Notes: generated from the letters alone by a model not told the origin. A stretch of DNA of 39,800 nucleotides from a virus (IMGVR_UViG_3300042892_001069); one strand, 5' to 3'; positions 21,450-32,014 are shown, counted from the stretch's first letter. Translations and numbers: made by a program.

Positions 21450-22161
21450 TAGCAATAAATTCTGCTTCGGGTATACGGGTACGAGTATTCTTACTGCCCA
21501 GTACTACAACAATTCTGCGTCCAATCTCAGTGTCCATCATTATAACAACGCATCCGCCCGACGCATTAATAAATCCAGTCTTGCTAACTACAAAGTCGTG
21601 ACGCTTGCCTATACTAGGATTAGTGTTATGAAATATAAACCATTTCTTTCTAATTTTAATTTTAACTTCGCTAGTACGTGAAGCTAACACAATCTCTGGA
21701 TATTTTGCAGCTTCCATTATAATGGAAATTAAATCTTCAGCAGTACTAATATTCATTAGATTAAGCCCACTAGATTCAACAAAACGAGTTTTTGTTAAAC
21801 CTAATGATTCTACTTTATTGTTCATTGCTCTAACACAAGATGCCGAACCGCCTGGGTAGTGTTTACATAAATCTAAACTTGATCGATTGTCTGATTTAAC
21901 CAACGCTAATTGTATCATCTCCCCCCGTGTATAGGGTTTAATATATTCATTTAAATCTTGTTTAGCATCTAACACAACCATGGCCGTGACAAGTTTAGTT
22001 ATACTGGCAATACTTCGTTGTTGGTCAGTATTTTCTCCATCTATAATCTTACCTTTGCTGTCTGCTACTAACCAGCTTTTAGCAGTAAGCGTTATGCCGC
22101 TTGATGGACTACTTACTAGTAGCGCGAAAGATACCATCCCAATCTTTAGGAAGTTTAACAT
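21439..22161 (-). CDS. Peptidase S11 D-Ala-D-Ala carboxy/endopeptidase (PBP7-like)
   Basis: SITK (SxxK), SDN, KTG motifs. Confidence 0.9.
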   Translation of the reverse strand: MLNFLKIGMVSFALLVSSPSSGITLTAKSWLVADSKGKIIDGENTDQQRSIASITKLVTAMVVLDAKQDLNEYIKPYTRGEMIQLALVKSDNRSSLDLCKHYPGGSASCVRAMNNKVESLGLTKTRFVESSGLNLMNISTAEDLISIIMEAAKYPEIVLASRTSEVKIKIRKKWFIFHNTNPSIGKRHDFVVSKTGFINASGGCVVIMMDTEIGRRIVVVLGSKNTRTRIPEAEFIATNF

Positions 22162-24169
22162 TCTTCATATCCTTACAACGATCTATCCATAACTCGTAAC
22201 TGTGATCCATTTGGCCGTTAAATGATCCTATTAAGTTTTTGCTCAATTCAATAGCTTGATCAAACTGTTGATCTCTATACGATTGTAGCATCTGATTATG
22301 GTTTAGTCTAGCCGCTTGGTAAGAAGCCATGTTTACACCCTCTGTGTGTAATGGTGTGTAAATGCGTAGACCAATTGTTTTGCCTTTGACTGCGATGTTG
22401 TCCAATTCCAGTGTAAAAATTTCATCTTTAACTATGTCATTAGTATTAGGTCCAATAATTAACAATACACCGTATGACTTTGTTTGTCCTTCTAAACGTG
22501 CAGCAGTGCTTACACTATCACCTAGCACGTCATAGCCGAACTTACTTTTAGCACCAATGTTACCAATCAATGTTTCGCCGGTGTTAACACCAGCACCCAT
22601 ACCAACTGGAGGTTTTCCACTGGCTGTAAGTTCTACGTTGAAATCTTCAATTGCTTTAATCATTTGCTGTGCTGTTTTGACAGCAGTGAACGCATGTCGA
22701 GGATCATCTAACGGAGCACCGTGTACGTGTAAACTGGCATCTCCAATGAACTTAATCAGTGTGCCATCGTTTGCTAATACAGGAATACTCAACGCTGTCA
22801 TGTAGTCATTCATAATCTGTGTGAGTCCTTCTACATCATCACCAAAGCTTTCACCCAGTGTTGTAAAGCCACGCAGGTCGGTCATGACAATTGAAAGCTC
22901 TTTACGTTCGCCGCCTAATTTAATAAGCTCTGGATTCTTTTGTAGTCGTTCTACTATAGTAGGATTAACATAACTACCAAATTGTTTCTTTATTTGTTGC
23001 TTCTGTAAGAACTCACTTACAAACTTAACACCATAAGTGTGAAGAGCAACAAGAATAAGACCAAACGAGATTGCCGTCGCATCTGATAAGATGAGCCAAC
23101 TACTGAAAGCCCACATAGTACCAGGGACGACGGCACCAACAATAACCACAGTAGCACCAATGCCAACATAAGTCCACCTCGATAAGAAAATTAATAATAA
23201 ACCAAATGCTACAAGTGCTAGAATCTCAGCGCCATCCGCATAATCAGGACGCTGTATAACAACACCATTAGCCATGGTTGTTATAACTGCAGCGTGTAAT
23301 TGATGCGGGAACACTGCGCCAACTGCTGTGGGTACTGGATTAGAGATGCCCGCGGCTGTGGGACCAACCACAACTATTGCTCGATTAAAATCTTTAGGAA
23401 GATCAGTAAGACTATACGATTGATTAGTTTGGCTCCAATCGATCCATATGCGTCCAAGGTTGTCTGTGGTAACAGGACCAAACTTGGGAATACGCATTTT
23501 CTCAACGCCACCTTCAAATAATTTTACTTGGAATGTTGAGTCGCCTGCGGCCACACGCAATGTTTCCATGGCTATGCTGGGATACAGTTTATCGTCAACT
23601 GACACAATTAGTGGCATACGACGATTAACGCCGTCTACTTCTGGTAGTGTACTAACGATACCAACACCTGCCGCATTATTTTCTAGTTGCGGAATATTAG
23701 CAATAAGTCCTGGGTACTGAACTATTTGGTCTAACCATTCTGGCCCCATTACAGCACTGCCTGGAGCACGGGGAGTATTTTTAGTCTTATCGCTAGGCAC
23801 TGATCCCAGTACTACAGGATACTGTTTAAGAGCAGTTCCGAGAACTGCGTCACCACCAGTACGATCAGGCTCAGCCATAAGAACGTTGAGCACAACAAGG
23901 CCAGCACCACGAGCATACAGGTCTTTAATAATTTTAGCATATTCTGCCCTTGGTAATGGCCATTGGCCGTATTTGTCTAACGCGGCTTCATCTATATTAA
24001 CTGTAACAATATTGTCAGGAGCAGGAACTGCTCTTGGTTGTGTAACCAGTGTGTCAAAATAACGTAGTCTTACGCTTTCAACAAATGAGGGGTCTGCAAT
24101 TCGTATACCCACTACTAACGTTAGGGTTAATAGAGCAGTCCAAGGGCTTGTTAAGATTTTTTTTAGCAT
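22109..24169 (-). CDS. CHASE2-domain class III adenylate/guanylate cyclase
   Basis: VNIDEAAL..GQWPLPR (CHASE2), 3 TM segments, DLRGFT, KFIGDA, GDSVSTAARLE. Confidence 0.93.
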   Translation of the reverse strand: MLKKILTSPWTALLTLTLVVGIRIADPSFVESVRLRYFDTLVTQPRAVPAPDNIVTVNIDEAALDKYGQWPLPRAEYAKIIKDLYARGAGLVVLNVLMAEPDRTGGDAVLGTALKQYPVVLGSVPSDKTKNTPRAPGSAVMGPEWLDQIVQYPGLIANIPQLENNAAGVGIVSTLPEVDGVNRRMPLIVSVDDKLYPSIAMETLRVAAGDSTFQVKLFEGGVEKMRIPKFGPVTTDNLGRIWIDWSQTNQSYSLTDLPKDFNRAIVVVGPTAAGISNPVPTAVGAVFPHQLHAAVITTMANGVVIQRPDYADGAEILALVAFGLLLIFLSRWTYVGIGATVVIVGAVVPGTMWAFSSWLILSDATAISFGLILVALHTYGVKFVSEFLQKQQIKKQFGSYVNPTIVERLQKNPELIKLGGERKELSIVMTDLRGFTTLGESFGDDVEGLTQIMNDYMTALSIPVLANDGTLIKFIGDASLHVHGAPLDDPRHAFTAVKTAQQMIKAIEDFNVELTASGKPPVGMGAGVNTGETLIGNIGAKSKFGYDVLGDSVSTAARLEGQTKSYGVLLIIGPNTNDIVKDEIFTLELDNIAVKGKTIGLRIYTPLHTEGVNMASYQAARLNHNQMLQSYRDQQFDQAIELSKNLIGSFNGQMDHSYELWIDRCKDMKNVKLPKDWDGIFRATSK

Positions 24170-24199
24170 CCAATATTTATGCTGTTTTTAGTTTGAAAC

Positions 24200-24397
24200 T
24201 TAATAAGCTAGCGGAATTTCTTCTAAAAACGGAAATTTTATTAATACAAACTCTCTGTATCGTTCTTCTACTACAAATTCAACATCGTTCCTGCGTACAT
24301 AAAATTCCCCGCCGCATTCTTGTATATAATATCCTACTTCGTCGCTATACATCTTGTATTCTGGCGCATACATACGTAAGCTAAACATTATTATCAT
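24200..24397 (-). CDS. Hypothetical protein
   Basis: Fills the gap; TAATG-type overlap; start uncertain. Confidence 0.4.
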   Translation of the reverse strand: MIIMFSLRMYAPEYKMYSDEVGYYIQECGGEFYVRRNDVEFVVEERYREFVLIKFPFLEEIPLAY

Positions 24398-25545
24398 TAT
24401 CTGCCCTGCGTGACTGTAATAGGGGCGCACCCGCCAGCTGTAGTACAGTTGTTTGTAATGGAGTAATACTGCTGTGTTGTGCCAGACTGTATTAGATTTA
24501 AACTAGAAGGTTGCGGTCCAGTTAATGTAACACTGGCCATATGGCTGGCGGTTCCTTCTTGTAGAACATCAACAGTTTTATTTCCACCACTTAGATTAAC
24601 TTCAGCATAGTGACTTCCGCTGCCTTGTTGTTTTAGTATAAGACTATTGTTATTATCTTGAACATTAACAAACGCACCTTTGGCGCCGCCGGTACTAGTC
24701 TGTTCAATTTTTACAGTATTGAAATTTCCAATAACTTGTAGATCAACATAGTTTACCTGCGTAGAACCGTTTCCTGTTTGTTTAATATCAATGTCGTTGC
24801 TCAACCCATTTCCATAGTAGTTAACGTAGTTTTGTTTAGTCCCAGATTGATCTACTACTACTTCGTTTTGTGTGCCAAGTTGTTCTATATTCACTCGACT
24901 GTCATTAGTTGTACGATTTACAAACGATTGTATTTTGGCTACATTAGTAGCACTAGCATTAAACGGTGAAGCACTCCCTCCGCAACACAACGCCGGGGGC
25001 GGCGGCCCTGCTGGAGCGGCTGTTTGTCCAGCGGCTAACGGTTCTGAGCTCGGTGGAGTATATGCTTGTAATTGTGTGTTATTTGGATTGTCTTGAGTCA
25101 CTGCCCAGTTGCCACTTTGTCCGTTATTATAACCAGCCCCAGTAGTGATCAATGTGCCCCACATGCCGTTGCCGTTATAGAAGATAGCACCATCTGCTAG
25201 TGCTCTAAACGATCCTGTGTTGTTGATTGTTTTGTATCTTGTGCCGTCGCTATTGAACACTGCCATACCATATGTACCGGGATTAGTAGTGCTATTGAAG
25301 AATCCAATATAACGACCATTTGCGCTAGCATCCTGCGTTTGTGCTTGAGTCCAACGTGCCGCCTGAGTAGTTTGAGTGGCATAGTTCACTGACGCATAGA
25401 TATAACTAAAACCACTGGCATATAATCTGCCACCACTAATGTACCACTGTACATCAAATATCTGTGCTGTGCTAAGTTTTAGATCAGTAATGCCACCAAA
25501 GGCATTTGAACATACAAATAGTAAGAATATTAAAAAACGTTTCAT
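24397..25545 (-). CDS. Secreted protein with C-terminal curlin-like repeats
   Basis: Signal peptide; repeated N/S-x-V-x-I-x-Q-x-G units. Confidence 0.75.
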   Translation of the reverse strand: MKRFLIFLLFVCSNAFGGITDLKLSTAQIFDVQWYISGGRLYASGFSYIYASVNYATQTTQAARWTQAQTQDASANGRYIGFFNSTTNPGTYGMAVFNSDGTRYKTINNTGSFRALADGAIFYNGNGMWGTLITTGAGYNNGQSGNWAVTQDNPNNTQLQAYTPPSSEPLAAGQTAAPAGPPPPALCCGGSASPFNASATNVAKIQSFVNRTTNDSRVNIEQLGTQNEVVVDQSGTKQNYVNYYGNGLSNDIDIKQTGNGSTQVNYVDLQVIGNFNTVKIEQTSTGGAKGAFVNVQDNNNSLILKQQGSGSHYAEVNLSGGNKTVDVLQEGTASHMASVTLTGPQPSSLNLIQSGTTQQYYSITNNCTTAGGCAPITVTQGR

Positions 25546-26636
25546 GGTCTTCTCAATACACCAGTCTTCTGTACGATGTTTACTACGTTGCCTCCTGGAT
25601 CTCCGCTACCAACAAACGTAAACGCATACTGATCGTTGTGACTAATAGCTACAAATGTGTTTGAATCATATCCAGATGTTTTTACTTCAGCGTAATGATC
25701 TGTATTGCTTCTATATGCTGTACCCTTACCTTTGCTTTGTATATCAGGTGAATCATTCTTTTCCCATGCTACACAAACTGTAGTACTTGGATTACAACCT
25801 TTCTTACCATCGGCAAATGTATCTGGTAATAGTACAGGGTCGCTTTTCTCGTTGGCTTTTTCAACACGCATGGCTATTTGTCGTTGGGCGTCTGCCTCCA
25901 TTTCTTCCAGTTCAGTATCACGTTTACTTCTGCCAGACTCCTTAATTGCTTGTTGAATTTCTTGAGGCTTAACTAAGATAAGATTGTTACCAATTTTACC
26001 CTCAATAGTACTAACTACTACCGGAGCAGTTGGCATCATTGAGTTACTTGTTACGTAAGTAGCTTCAAAGGCTTTATCTAGGGTTACTGATCCCATACCT
26101 GTACTTACAGTAATACTACCCACTTTACAACGTTGTTCGTCTAATTCAAATTGTTTAGTATCTTTTTCATCTTTACAACTAGGCACTAGCATAATAAGAC
26201 TTTGGCCTGTTTCGTCTACAGTCATGGTAAAGTCAGTGCCACGCACTGCTACTGTAGCTGTTGGAGTTTTGATGTTTACCTGTTGCGGATTATTTTTAGC
26301 AATCTGTCCGCTAGCATATCGAACAGTGCCCATACCGACCCTAAGAGCAAGTTTGCCCGCGTCTGATGCCTTAGGATCAAAAACAAAGTCGTCGATAAGT
26401 AGTCGACTGTTTTCTGTAATTTTGACTTTGGTATCATCTTTGAATGTAATGTTGCTTACACAAGCACCGGTAGTATATGTGTCCATGCTTTCAATCTCAG
26501 CACCCTTAACCCCTGACATCTTTTTCTTGTTGCGTTCAACTTCACAGGCTGTGCCCTTGTTTTCTGAAACCGTGCCGATACCAGCCCAAGAAGGGCTGGC
26601 AAATGTTAGCAGTAGGGCTAACAGTAAGACACGCAT
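25542..26636 (-). CDS. FecR-domain protein
   Basis: Signal peptide; IKTPTATVAVRGTDF FecR signature. Confidence 0.88.
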   Translation of the reverse strand: MRVLLLALLLTFASPSWAGIGTVSENKGTACEVERNKKKMSGVKGAEIESMDTYTTGACVSNITFKDDTKVKITENSRLLIDDFVFDPKASDAGKLALRVGMGTVRYASGQIAKNNPQQVNIKTPTATVAVRGTDFTMTVDETGQSLIMLVPSCKDEKDTKQFELDEQRCKVGSITVSTGMGSVTLDKAFEATYVTSNSMMPTAPVVVSTIEGKIGNNLILVKPQEIQQAIKESGRSKRDTELEEMEADAQRQIAMRVEKANEKSDPVLLPDTFADGKKGCNPSTTVCVAWEKNDSPDIQSKGKGTAYRSNTDHYAEVKTSGYDSNTFVAISHNDQYAFTFVGSGDPGGNVVNIVQKTGVLRRP

Positions 26637-26638
26637 AA

Positions 26639-27466
26639 TTACCTCGCAATAGCTGTAGCTGGTGACGCAATAGTTGTACTGCTAGTACGAACTGTGATAG
26701 TATTGTTGCTACCTTGTGTTTGAATATTTACAGTAGTATCGTTAGTACCTTGTTGCTGTGTAGTAATACTGTTGTAATCGCCAGTAGTCATCATAGCAAG
26801 ATTATGGCCGTTTGCGCCAGCTGCATCTAACTGCTGTAGATTGAATACATTGGCATTTCCTGTAACTACGTTTGACACTGTGCCTCTACTACTAAGCAAA
26901 CTACTGGTCACTTGGTTATCATTACCAATCAAGTTTGTGCTAGTAACAATATTGCTACCAACTAGGTCTTGAATGATCATGTTGTTGTTACCAATAATCT
27001 GTTCTGTAATAACGTTTTGGCTATTTGTAGCGGCATTAGGATTACCAATAGTTAGTCTAGTTTGATTACCATTACCTAACATATTAGTAGTGTAGCTGTT
27101 ATTGCTGCCACGAATATTATATTGGCTACTGTTAGCATTTCCAGTTTGTGTAATGTCAACTATGTTTGTACTTCCAGTAATAGTGCCGTAGTTAGTAGAA
27201 CTTGGTGCGTCTGGAGTCAGTGTGGTAATACCTGTTCCTGCTACTGCGGTTGCCACAGTTGTAGTAACACCACCAACATTGTTGGTCCCACCAACTTGCT
27301 CGATAGTGATAATATTGCTACTACCAACTTGTTCGATATATACCTTGTTAGGACCTGTTGCTGTCTGAGCACCACTTATGGTGGCAAAGCCCAAAAGCAT
27401 CACTGTGAGTAATTTTCTCGACAACCCACAACCGCCTGTCATTGTTTGTTTCATTTTTGTTAACAT
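26639..27466 (-). CDS. Curlin-like (CsgA/CsgB-type) repeat protein
   Basis: Signal peptide; YIEQVGSSNIITIEQVG, ITQTGNAN repeats; N/Q/T/G-rich. Confidence 0.75.
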   Translation of the reverse strand: MLTKMKQTMTGGCGLSRKLLTVMLLGFATISGAQTATGPNKVYIEQVGSSNIITIEQVGGTNNVGGVTTTVATAVAGTGITTLTPDAPSSTNYGTITGSTNIVDITQTGNANSSQYNIRGSNNSYTTNMLGNGNQTRLTIGNPNAATNSQNVITEQIIGNNNMIIQDLVGSNIVTSTNLIGNDNQVTSSLLSSRGTVSNVVTGNANVFNLQQLDAAGANGHNLAMMTTGDYNSITTQQQGTNDTTVNIQTQGSNNTITVRTSSTTIASPATAIAR

Positions 27467-27646
27467 TAGATTATTATTCTCTAATGTTGCTCCTTGGGGA
27501 TTATCCCTCTTTTAGTTAATTTTATTTCTTACAACTTACCTCTTTACGAAAATATTTACTCAATTAGCTGTAGAAATTATACTCTGCTGTTATTTTCTCA
27601 ACATGTAAAAAAATTTACACTGTTAAAAAATCAACACTTTCTCTGT

Positions 27647-28849
27647 TTAATTACCTAACTTGCTGTTTTGAATCCAACCGCCACGGCCGGTTCCATCTGA
27701 CATTGTTACTCTCCACCACCCTTCTATTCCGGGTTGTTTTACATCTACTACGGTGCCTTTAGGTATCCACCATTTACGTGTACTTGCTTCATTTTCACTT
27801 GCGTACAAGAAAGAATTTTCTAGTAGTGTACGTTGACCAAACAATGCCTTAGGTTCTTCTTTCTTTACTTCTGCGGGGGCACTGGGTACGGCCTCGGTTT
27901 GGGTTTTGGGTTGGGCTTGTGATTGAACCACGACATCTTTCTTCTCCTCTACTACCGGCGCAGGCACTATATTTGGTATAGGTGCTTCTATAGTTGGAAT
28001 TACTGCGACTGGAGCACTTACTTTATTACTTTTAAATGCCCAGTGTCCCTTACGGGCGCCTTCGTTAATTGTGTTTACCACTGCTGCCTGTACTGCTACA
28101 TCAATAGCCCTGTTAATGCTTTCGTTTATACTGCCGCCAACTTCACCTTCAAGGGCATTAGCGCCAGCGCCATATTGTGTACCATCGTCAACAAACCGAA
28201 GTAATGTTAGTTTGTCCATATAACTTAGGACTGTTTTAGTTACTGTGACCGTAGTTAATATTTCACCCGTTGCTACACTAACTGTTCGTAAAGTAACTGT
28301 TACTGTATCTGATTGGTATTGTGTACTAGCACCTATGCCAAATATTCTTACGCCACTTCCACCAGTAAGTGTATTTGAATCGTAGCCAACAATGCCGCCT
28401 TCCATGATAATTCCAGCAAACATCATAGGAGGAAGAGCCTTAGCATCTTTGCCTTGATATTGTTCGCGCATCTGTCGAATCATTTGACGTTCTTTGATTA
28501 GGTTTTCTAATCCTACACGTTCTAACACAGTAAACCAACGAGCATCGCCCACATCTTGTAACGCTTTAATTAGATAGTTTTCAGCTCCCTGAGTAACTGC
28601 CGAACTTAAACTAGCAATTAACGGTTGTGACTTACGTTGGCCAGTTAAATCTCGGAACCCATATACTGCTACAGCAACAGGACCGCCTTCTGGTGGCAAT
28701 AATTTATTTGAATCTTTCTTTAAAAATTTACTAGTTTCAACCGTTGGTTCGTCAAACTGATTACCAGTTAACTTTTGTTTAATAGCTGAACCCGTGGCGC
28801 AGCCAGACAACACTGCTACAACTGCCAAGGATAAAAATGTTTGTCTCAT
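27647..28849 (-). CDS. csgG: Curli secretion channel lipoprotein CsgG with C-terminal extension
   Basis: Lipobox LSGC; VAVYGFRDLTGQRK, WFTVLER.GLENLIKERQ.IR, EGGIVGYDSN. Confidence 0.92.
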   Translation of the reverse strand: MRQTFLSLAVVAVLSGCATGSAIKQKLTGNQFDEPTVETSKFLKKDSNKLLPPEGGPVAVAVYGFRDLTGQRKSQPLIASLSSAVTQGAENYLIKALQDVGDARWFTVLERVGLENLIKERQMIRQMREQYQGKDAKALPPMMFAGIIMEGGIVGYDSNTLTGGSGVRIFGIGASTQYQSDTVTVTLRTVSVATGEILTTVTVTKTVLSYMDKLTLLRFVDDGTQYGAGANALEGEVGGSINESINRAIDVAVQAAVVNTINEGARKGHWAFKSNKVSAPVAVIPTIEAPIPNIVPAPVVEEKKDVVVQSQAQPKTQTEAVPSAPAEVKKEEPKALFGQRTLLENSFLYASENEASTRKWWIPKGTVVDVKQPGIEGWWRVTMSDGTGRGGWIQNSKLGN

Positions 28850-28858
28850 AATTTATCC

Positions 28859-29332
28859 TTAAAATCCAAATGTACCACTTGGTACTTTCATTTCTGTAAA
28901 TTGTCTTGGGTCAAGAGCGTTTTCAATACGAACAATAATAAATGTGCCGTCTACTTTCCATGTGATGTTATTGCCAGCTACTGTCATTTCTCCGCAAACT
29001 CCGTTGGTTACAGCGCATTGTGGAGCACCATTAGTGCCAAAAAGGCTATCTGTAATTTGTTTGGCTAATTGTGAGTAAATGCGACTTTCTAAGTTTGCTT
29101 GAAATTTAGCTTGCGGTGTGTTTAGTTTGTCACTTTCTTCTTTTGCTTTTAATGCTTCGCCAGCTGCCTTATTTTTGTCTTTAGCTTGAGTTTCTAATTG
29201 ATAAAGTGTTAAGACGTGAGAACCGTAGCCAATACCGCTAAAGGATGGACTACTAAAATTATGTTGTAATTCTGCTGAATTAGATGCCGATGCAACTAAT
29301 ATAGCCCCAATTGCTACTAGTAAGGTTTTCAT
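28859..29332 (-). CDS. csgF: CsgF-like curli assembly protein
   Basis: Signal peptide then F.SPSFSG; F..NLESRIYSQLAKQI; adjacent to csgG. Confidence 0.75.
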   Translation of the reverse strand: MKTLLVAIGAILVASASNSAELQHNFSSPSFSGIGYGSHVLTLYQLETQAKDKNKAAGEALKAKEESDKLNTPQAKFQANLESRIYSQLAKQITDSLFGTNGAPQCAVTNGVCGEMTVAGNNITWKVDGTFIIVRIENALDPRQFTEMKVPSGTFGF

Positions 29333-29424
29333 CGATTCGCTCCCGATATACCGTATAGTATTTACGGTAAAGGGGCAACTAATTATAATAGTGTATAATT
29401 TGTTCTAGATTAAGAACTTGATGA

Positions 29425-31317
29425 TTATTTGACGAAGTAATCTAATAAGAAACTGTCTACTTCTTTAAGAGCACGTTTTTTTGAAACAGTTGTTTTCTTT
29501 GGTCTACCAACCGGTTCTCCTAGTTCGTTACCGGGTAAGTATCCGCCAGTATCTATACCGTTATTCCACGCATCAGCAGTTTTTTGGCCTTTACTAATTT
29601 TTAGTGTTATGCCGGCTTCTTTTCGCTTTTCATTTAGATAAGCTTCTGCTTCGGGACTATCCATTAATGGGCCAAAATAAATTCCAGGCGCACTCTTTCT
29701 TGTACTAGTAGATTTGCCACTGATAGTAATAGTTTGCTTTAGGAAGTTAACACCAAATGCGCTAGGTTGTTCTTTTAATAAACTGGCTATACCTTCAGCA
29801 CCATTAATAACTCTAAATGTTTGTGTAGAAGAGTTGTACAAAATAAAGTTAGCTTGATAATGACCTAAATTATATTGTAGCATAGCCATGATACCTTGTT
29901 CTCTTGCTATTACATCGGCTTTGTCTTCCATGATAGCAACAAAAATTCTACCACATGCCGATCTTAAACTATAATTCGAAATCTTTGCTTTAGCAAGGTC
30001 TGGATACATAGCTTTATGAAACTCATATATTATAGTTTTGCTGTTAGCGGCTATTTTCCTACTTATCAAGAACTTTCTCATGTTCTCAAGCGATTGTGGT
30101 CTAAAGTCAACGTTAGTAGGCACTTTTACATTAGGAGAGTAATTTGCTACTTGACCTGTAAAAACTGCTCTGGCAGAAGCCGGTGATTGTTCGCCCCCGG
30201 AATCTAACCATGCGTTACTGTACGCACCGTTAATGGACTTTCCACTTTTAACATCACTTAGTACTGGTCTAATACTTCCACTTTTAACTTCGTAATGTTG
30301 TCCATTAATTAGTAAATCGCCTTCTTTAGCTTTTACGGCACCACCCATAATGGCTAATAGTGCTTCAAATGGCCCAGTTGCAGCACCTTGGCCGTCACTT
30401 AGACTAATATCTAATAACGTAGTTTTAATCGAACTGTAAACTTCTCTAATATCACCTTCTGCTACAAAAGTGTCAACGTTGCCTTGCCCGGCAGACATCA
30501 TAGCATTAAGATCTAAAGCTGTGCCATTTTCACACGCTGCCATGAATGAGTTACGTTTAAATTTATCCATCTTAGCGCCAAACATTCCAATTAAATTTCT
30601 AGCCCAGCGCATTGGTAAGTTAAGTTTATTTGATATTTTTAAAGCAAATGCCTCTAACTCTTCGTCTTGTTTAACCAGCTCTTCAAAAGCAGTAAGTTTA
30701 ATGTACGCTTCGTGTGATTTGTGTGCTTTTTGGTATTCTTTACTTTGGCTAGCTTCTATAGCAAGAGCATCAGTTGCTAATTGATCAGCTTGTCGCATAA
30801 ATTCGACTGCTTCTGCAATAGTTTTAAATCCTTTTCTTTCTAAAACTGCCATCATAGACATGCTACTAGCTTGAATCAGTTTGAGTTCTGTAGGTTCAAT
30901 ACTTTCTTGTAAGTTGTCAGTTAACCCAGAAAATGTAAACAATATCTTATAAGCAAATCTTCTTACAGGATTAGTTGTAGATAACTTTTTTGCTTTAGTT
31001 AACAAACTAGTTGAGAGTTTTTCAAACTCTTTAATATTTTCTAAATCTACTTTTGTAGGTTCTACAGATGGCGCCTGTGGCGGCATAAACAACTCAGGTT
31101 CAAGATTTTTTCCGATTGAGGTTGTTGACGTAGGCTCGGTTGGTGGCGCAATTGCTGGTTGCGGTTCTGCAACTTCTGGTTCAGCTACTTCTGGTTCAGC
31201 TACTTCTGGTTCTGTAACTTCTGGCTCATCCTCTAATTCTTCAGGAGGAATGTTAGGGTCAATTACCCCAGGTGCTGGTGCTAATTCAAGTAAGTTATCT
31301 AAGTCTGTTATACGCAT
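29425..31317 (-). CDS. Large protein with acidic Pro-rich N-terminus and PD-(D/E)xK-like motif
   Basis: GPFE...GDLLINGQHYEVKS; start revised to MRITDL after TAAATA. Confidence 0.6.
   Translation of the reverse strand: MRITDLDNLLELAPAPGVIDPNIPPEELEDEPEVTEPEVAEPEVAEPEVAEPQPAIAPPTEPTSTTSIGKNLEPELFMPPQAPSVEPTKVDLENIKEFEKLSTSLLTKAKKLSTTNPVRRFAYKILFTFSGLTDNLQESIEPTELKLIQASSMSMMAVLERKGFKTIAEAVEFMRQADQLATDALAIEASQSKEYQKAHKSHEAYIKLTAFEELVKQDEELEAFALKISNKLNLPMRWARNLIGMFGAKMDKFKRNSFMAACENGTALDLNAMMSAGQGNVDTFVAEGDIREVYSSIKTTLLDISLSDGQGAATGPFEALLAIMGGAVKAKEGDLLINGQHYEVKSGSIRPVLSDVKSGKSINGAYSNAWLDSGGEQSPASARAVFTGQVANYSPNVKVPTNVDFRPQSLENMRKFLISRKIAANSKTIIYEFHKAMYPDLAKAKISNYSLRSACGRIFVAIMEDKADVIAREQGIMAMLQYNLGHYQANFILYNSSTQTFRVINGAEGIASLLKEQPSAFGVNFLKQTITISGKSTSTRKSAPGIYFGPLMDSPEAEAYLNEKRKEAGITLKISKGQKTADAWNNGIDTGGYLPGNELGEPVGRPKKTTVSKKRALKEVDSFLLDYFVK
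31163..31227 (-). repeat. 15-bp coding tandem repeat (EPEV[A/T] x4)
   Basis: GAACCAGAAGTAGCT-like units. Confidence 0.85.
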
Positions 31318-31327
31318 AGTACAGTAT

Positions 31328-32014
31328 TTAGTGGATTTCTGGGAAGAGGCATTCCTGTATGAATACTTGTACATCCTCTTCAGATAGCCCTAAACTGACC
31401 ATTACACGGGGGGTATGTGGGTTACATTTCTGATTTTGTGCGTAATAGTTCTGCGCTTCAGTAGTATTTTCTGCTGTATTATTTGTTTCTGCTACAGTTT
31501 CTAAGTAATGCGCTAGGGTAGTTTTAGCCATACTAAAGATTTGCTCTAGTTCTGCTTCATCGCTAACATTGCCCGCGGCTACCATACTAGGACTAAAGAT
31601 GTTAGTGGCCCATTCTGGAAGAGCACGTGGCTTACGCCATTCTAACTTACTAACTTCTCCAGCAAACCATTCCATCATAGGATGGTCAGGATCACCAGCC
31701 CGGCTGTAGTCGTGAAAACAGCCAGTCATTTTGTTCTTACCAGCTATTACATCAAAGCCGTATATTGGAGCAGGGTTGTGCGTATGTGGAAAGATACAAC
31801 AGTGCATCATCCATAATCCTTTTGTTGCTCTAGCATCCACCACATCAACGTGAGCACGACGATATCTATCACTACTCCACACGCGATTAACCCATCCCGG
31901 CTGGTTAAAACGGTCCATACCTGGTTCATGAATTGCAGTTCCAGTAGCATCAAATGACTCCTCGAGGAGATATTGGATTTCTATTAAGGTATCCCAGACT
32001 TTACTTTGACTCAT
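31328..32014 (-). CDS. Ferredoxin-dependent bilin reductase (PcyA/PcyX-like)
   Basis: RRAHVDVV...MMHCCIFP...APIYGFDVIAG..K....HDYS; QKCNPHTPRVM; adjacent to heme oxygenase. Confidence 0.85.
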   Translation of the reverse strand: MSQSKVWDTLIEIQYLLEESFDATGTAIHEPGMDRFNQPGWVNRVWSSDRYRRAHVDVVDARATKGLWMMHCCIFPHTHNPAPIYGFDVIAGKNKMTGCFHDYSRAGDPDHPMMEWFAGEVSKLEWRKPRALPEWATNIFSPSMVAAGNVSDEAELEQIFSMAKTTLAHYLETVAETNNTAENTTEAQNYYAQNQKCNPHTPRVMVSLGLSEEDVQVFIQECLFPEIH

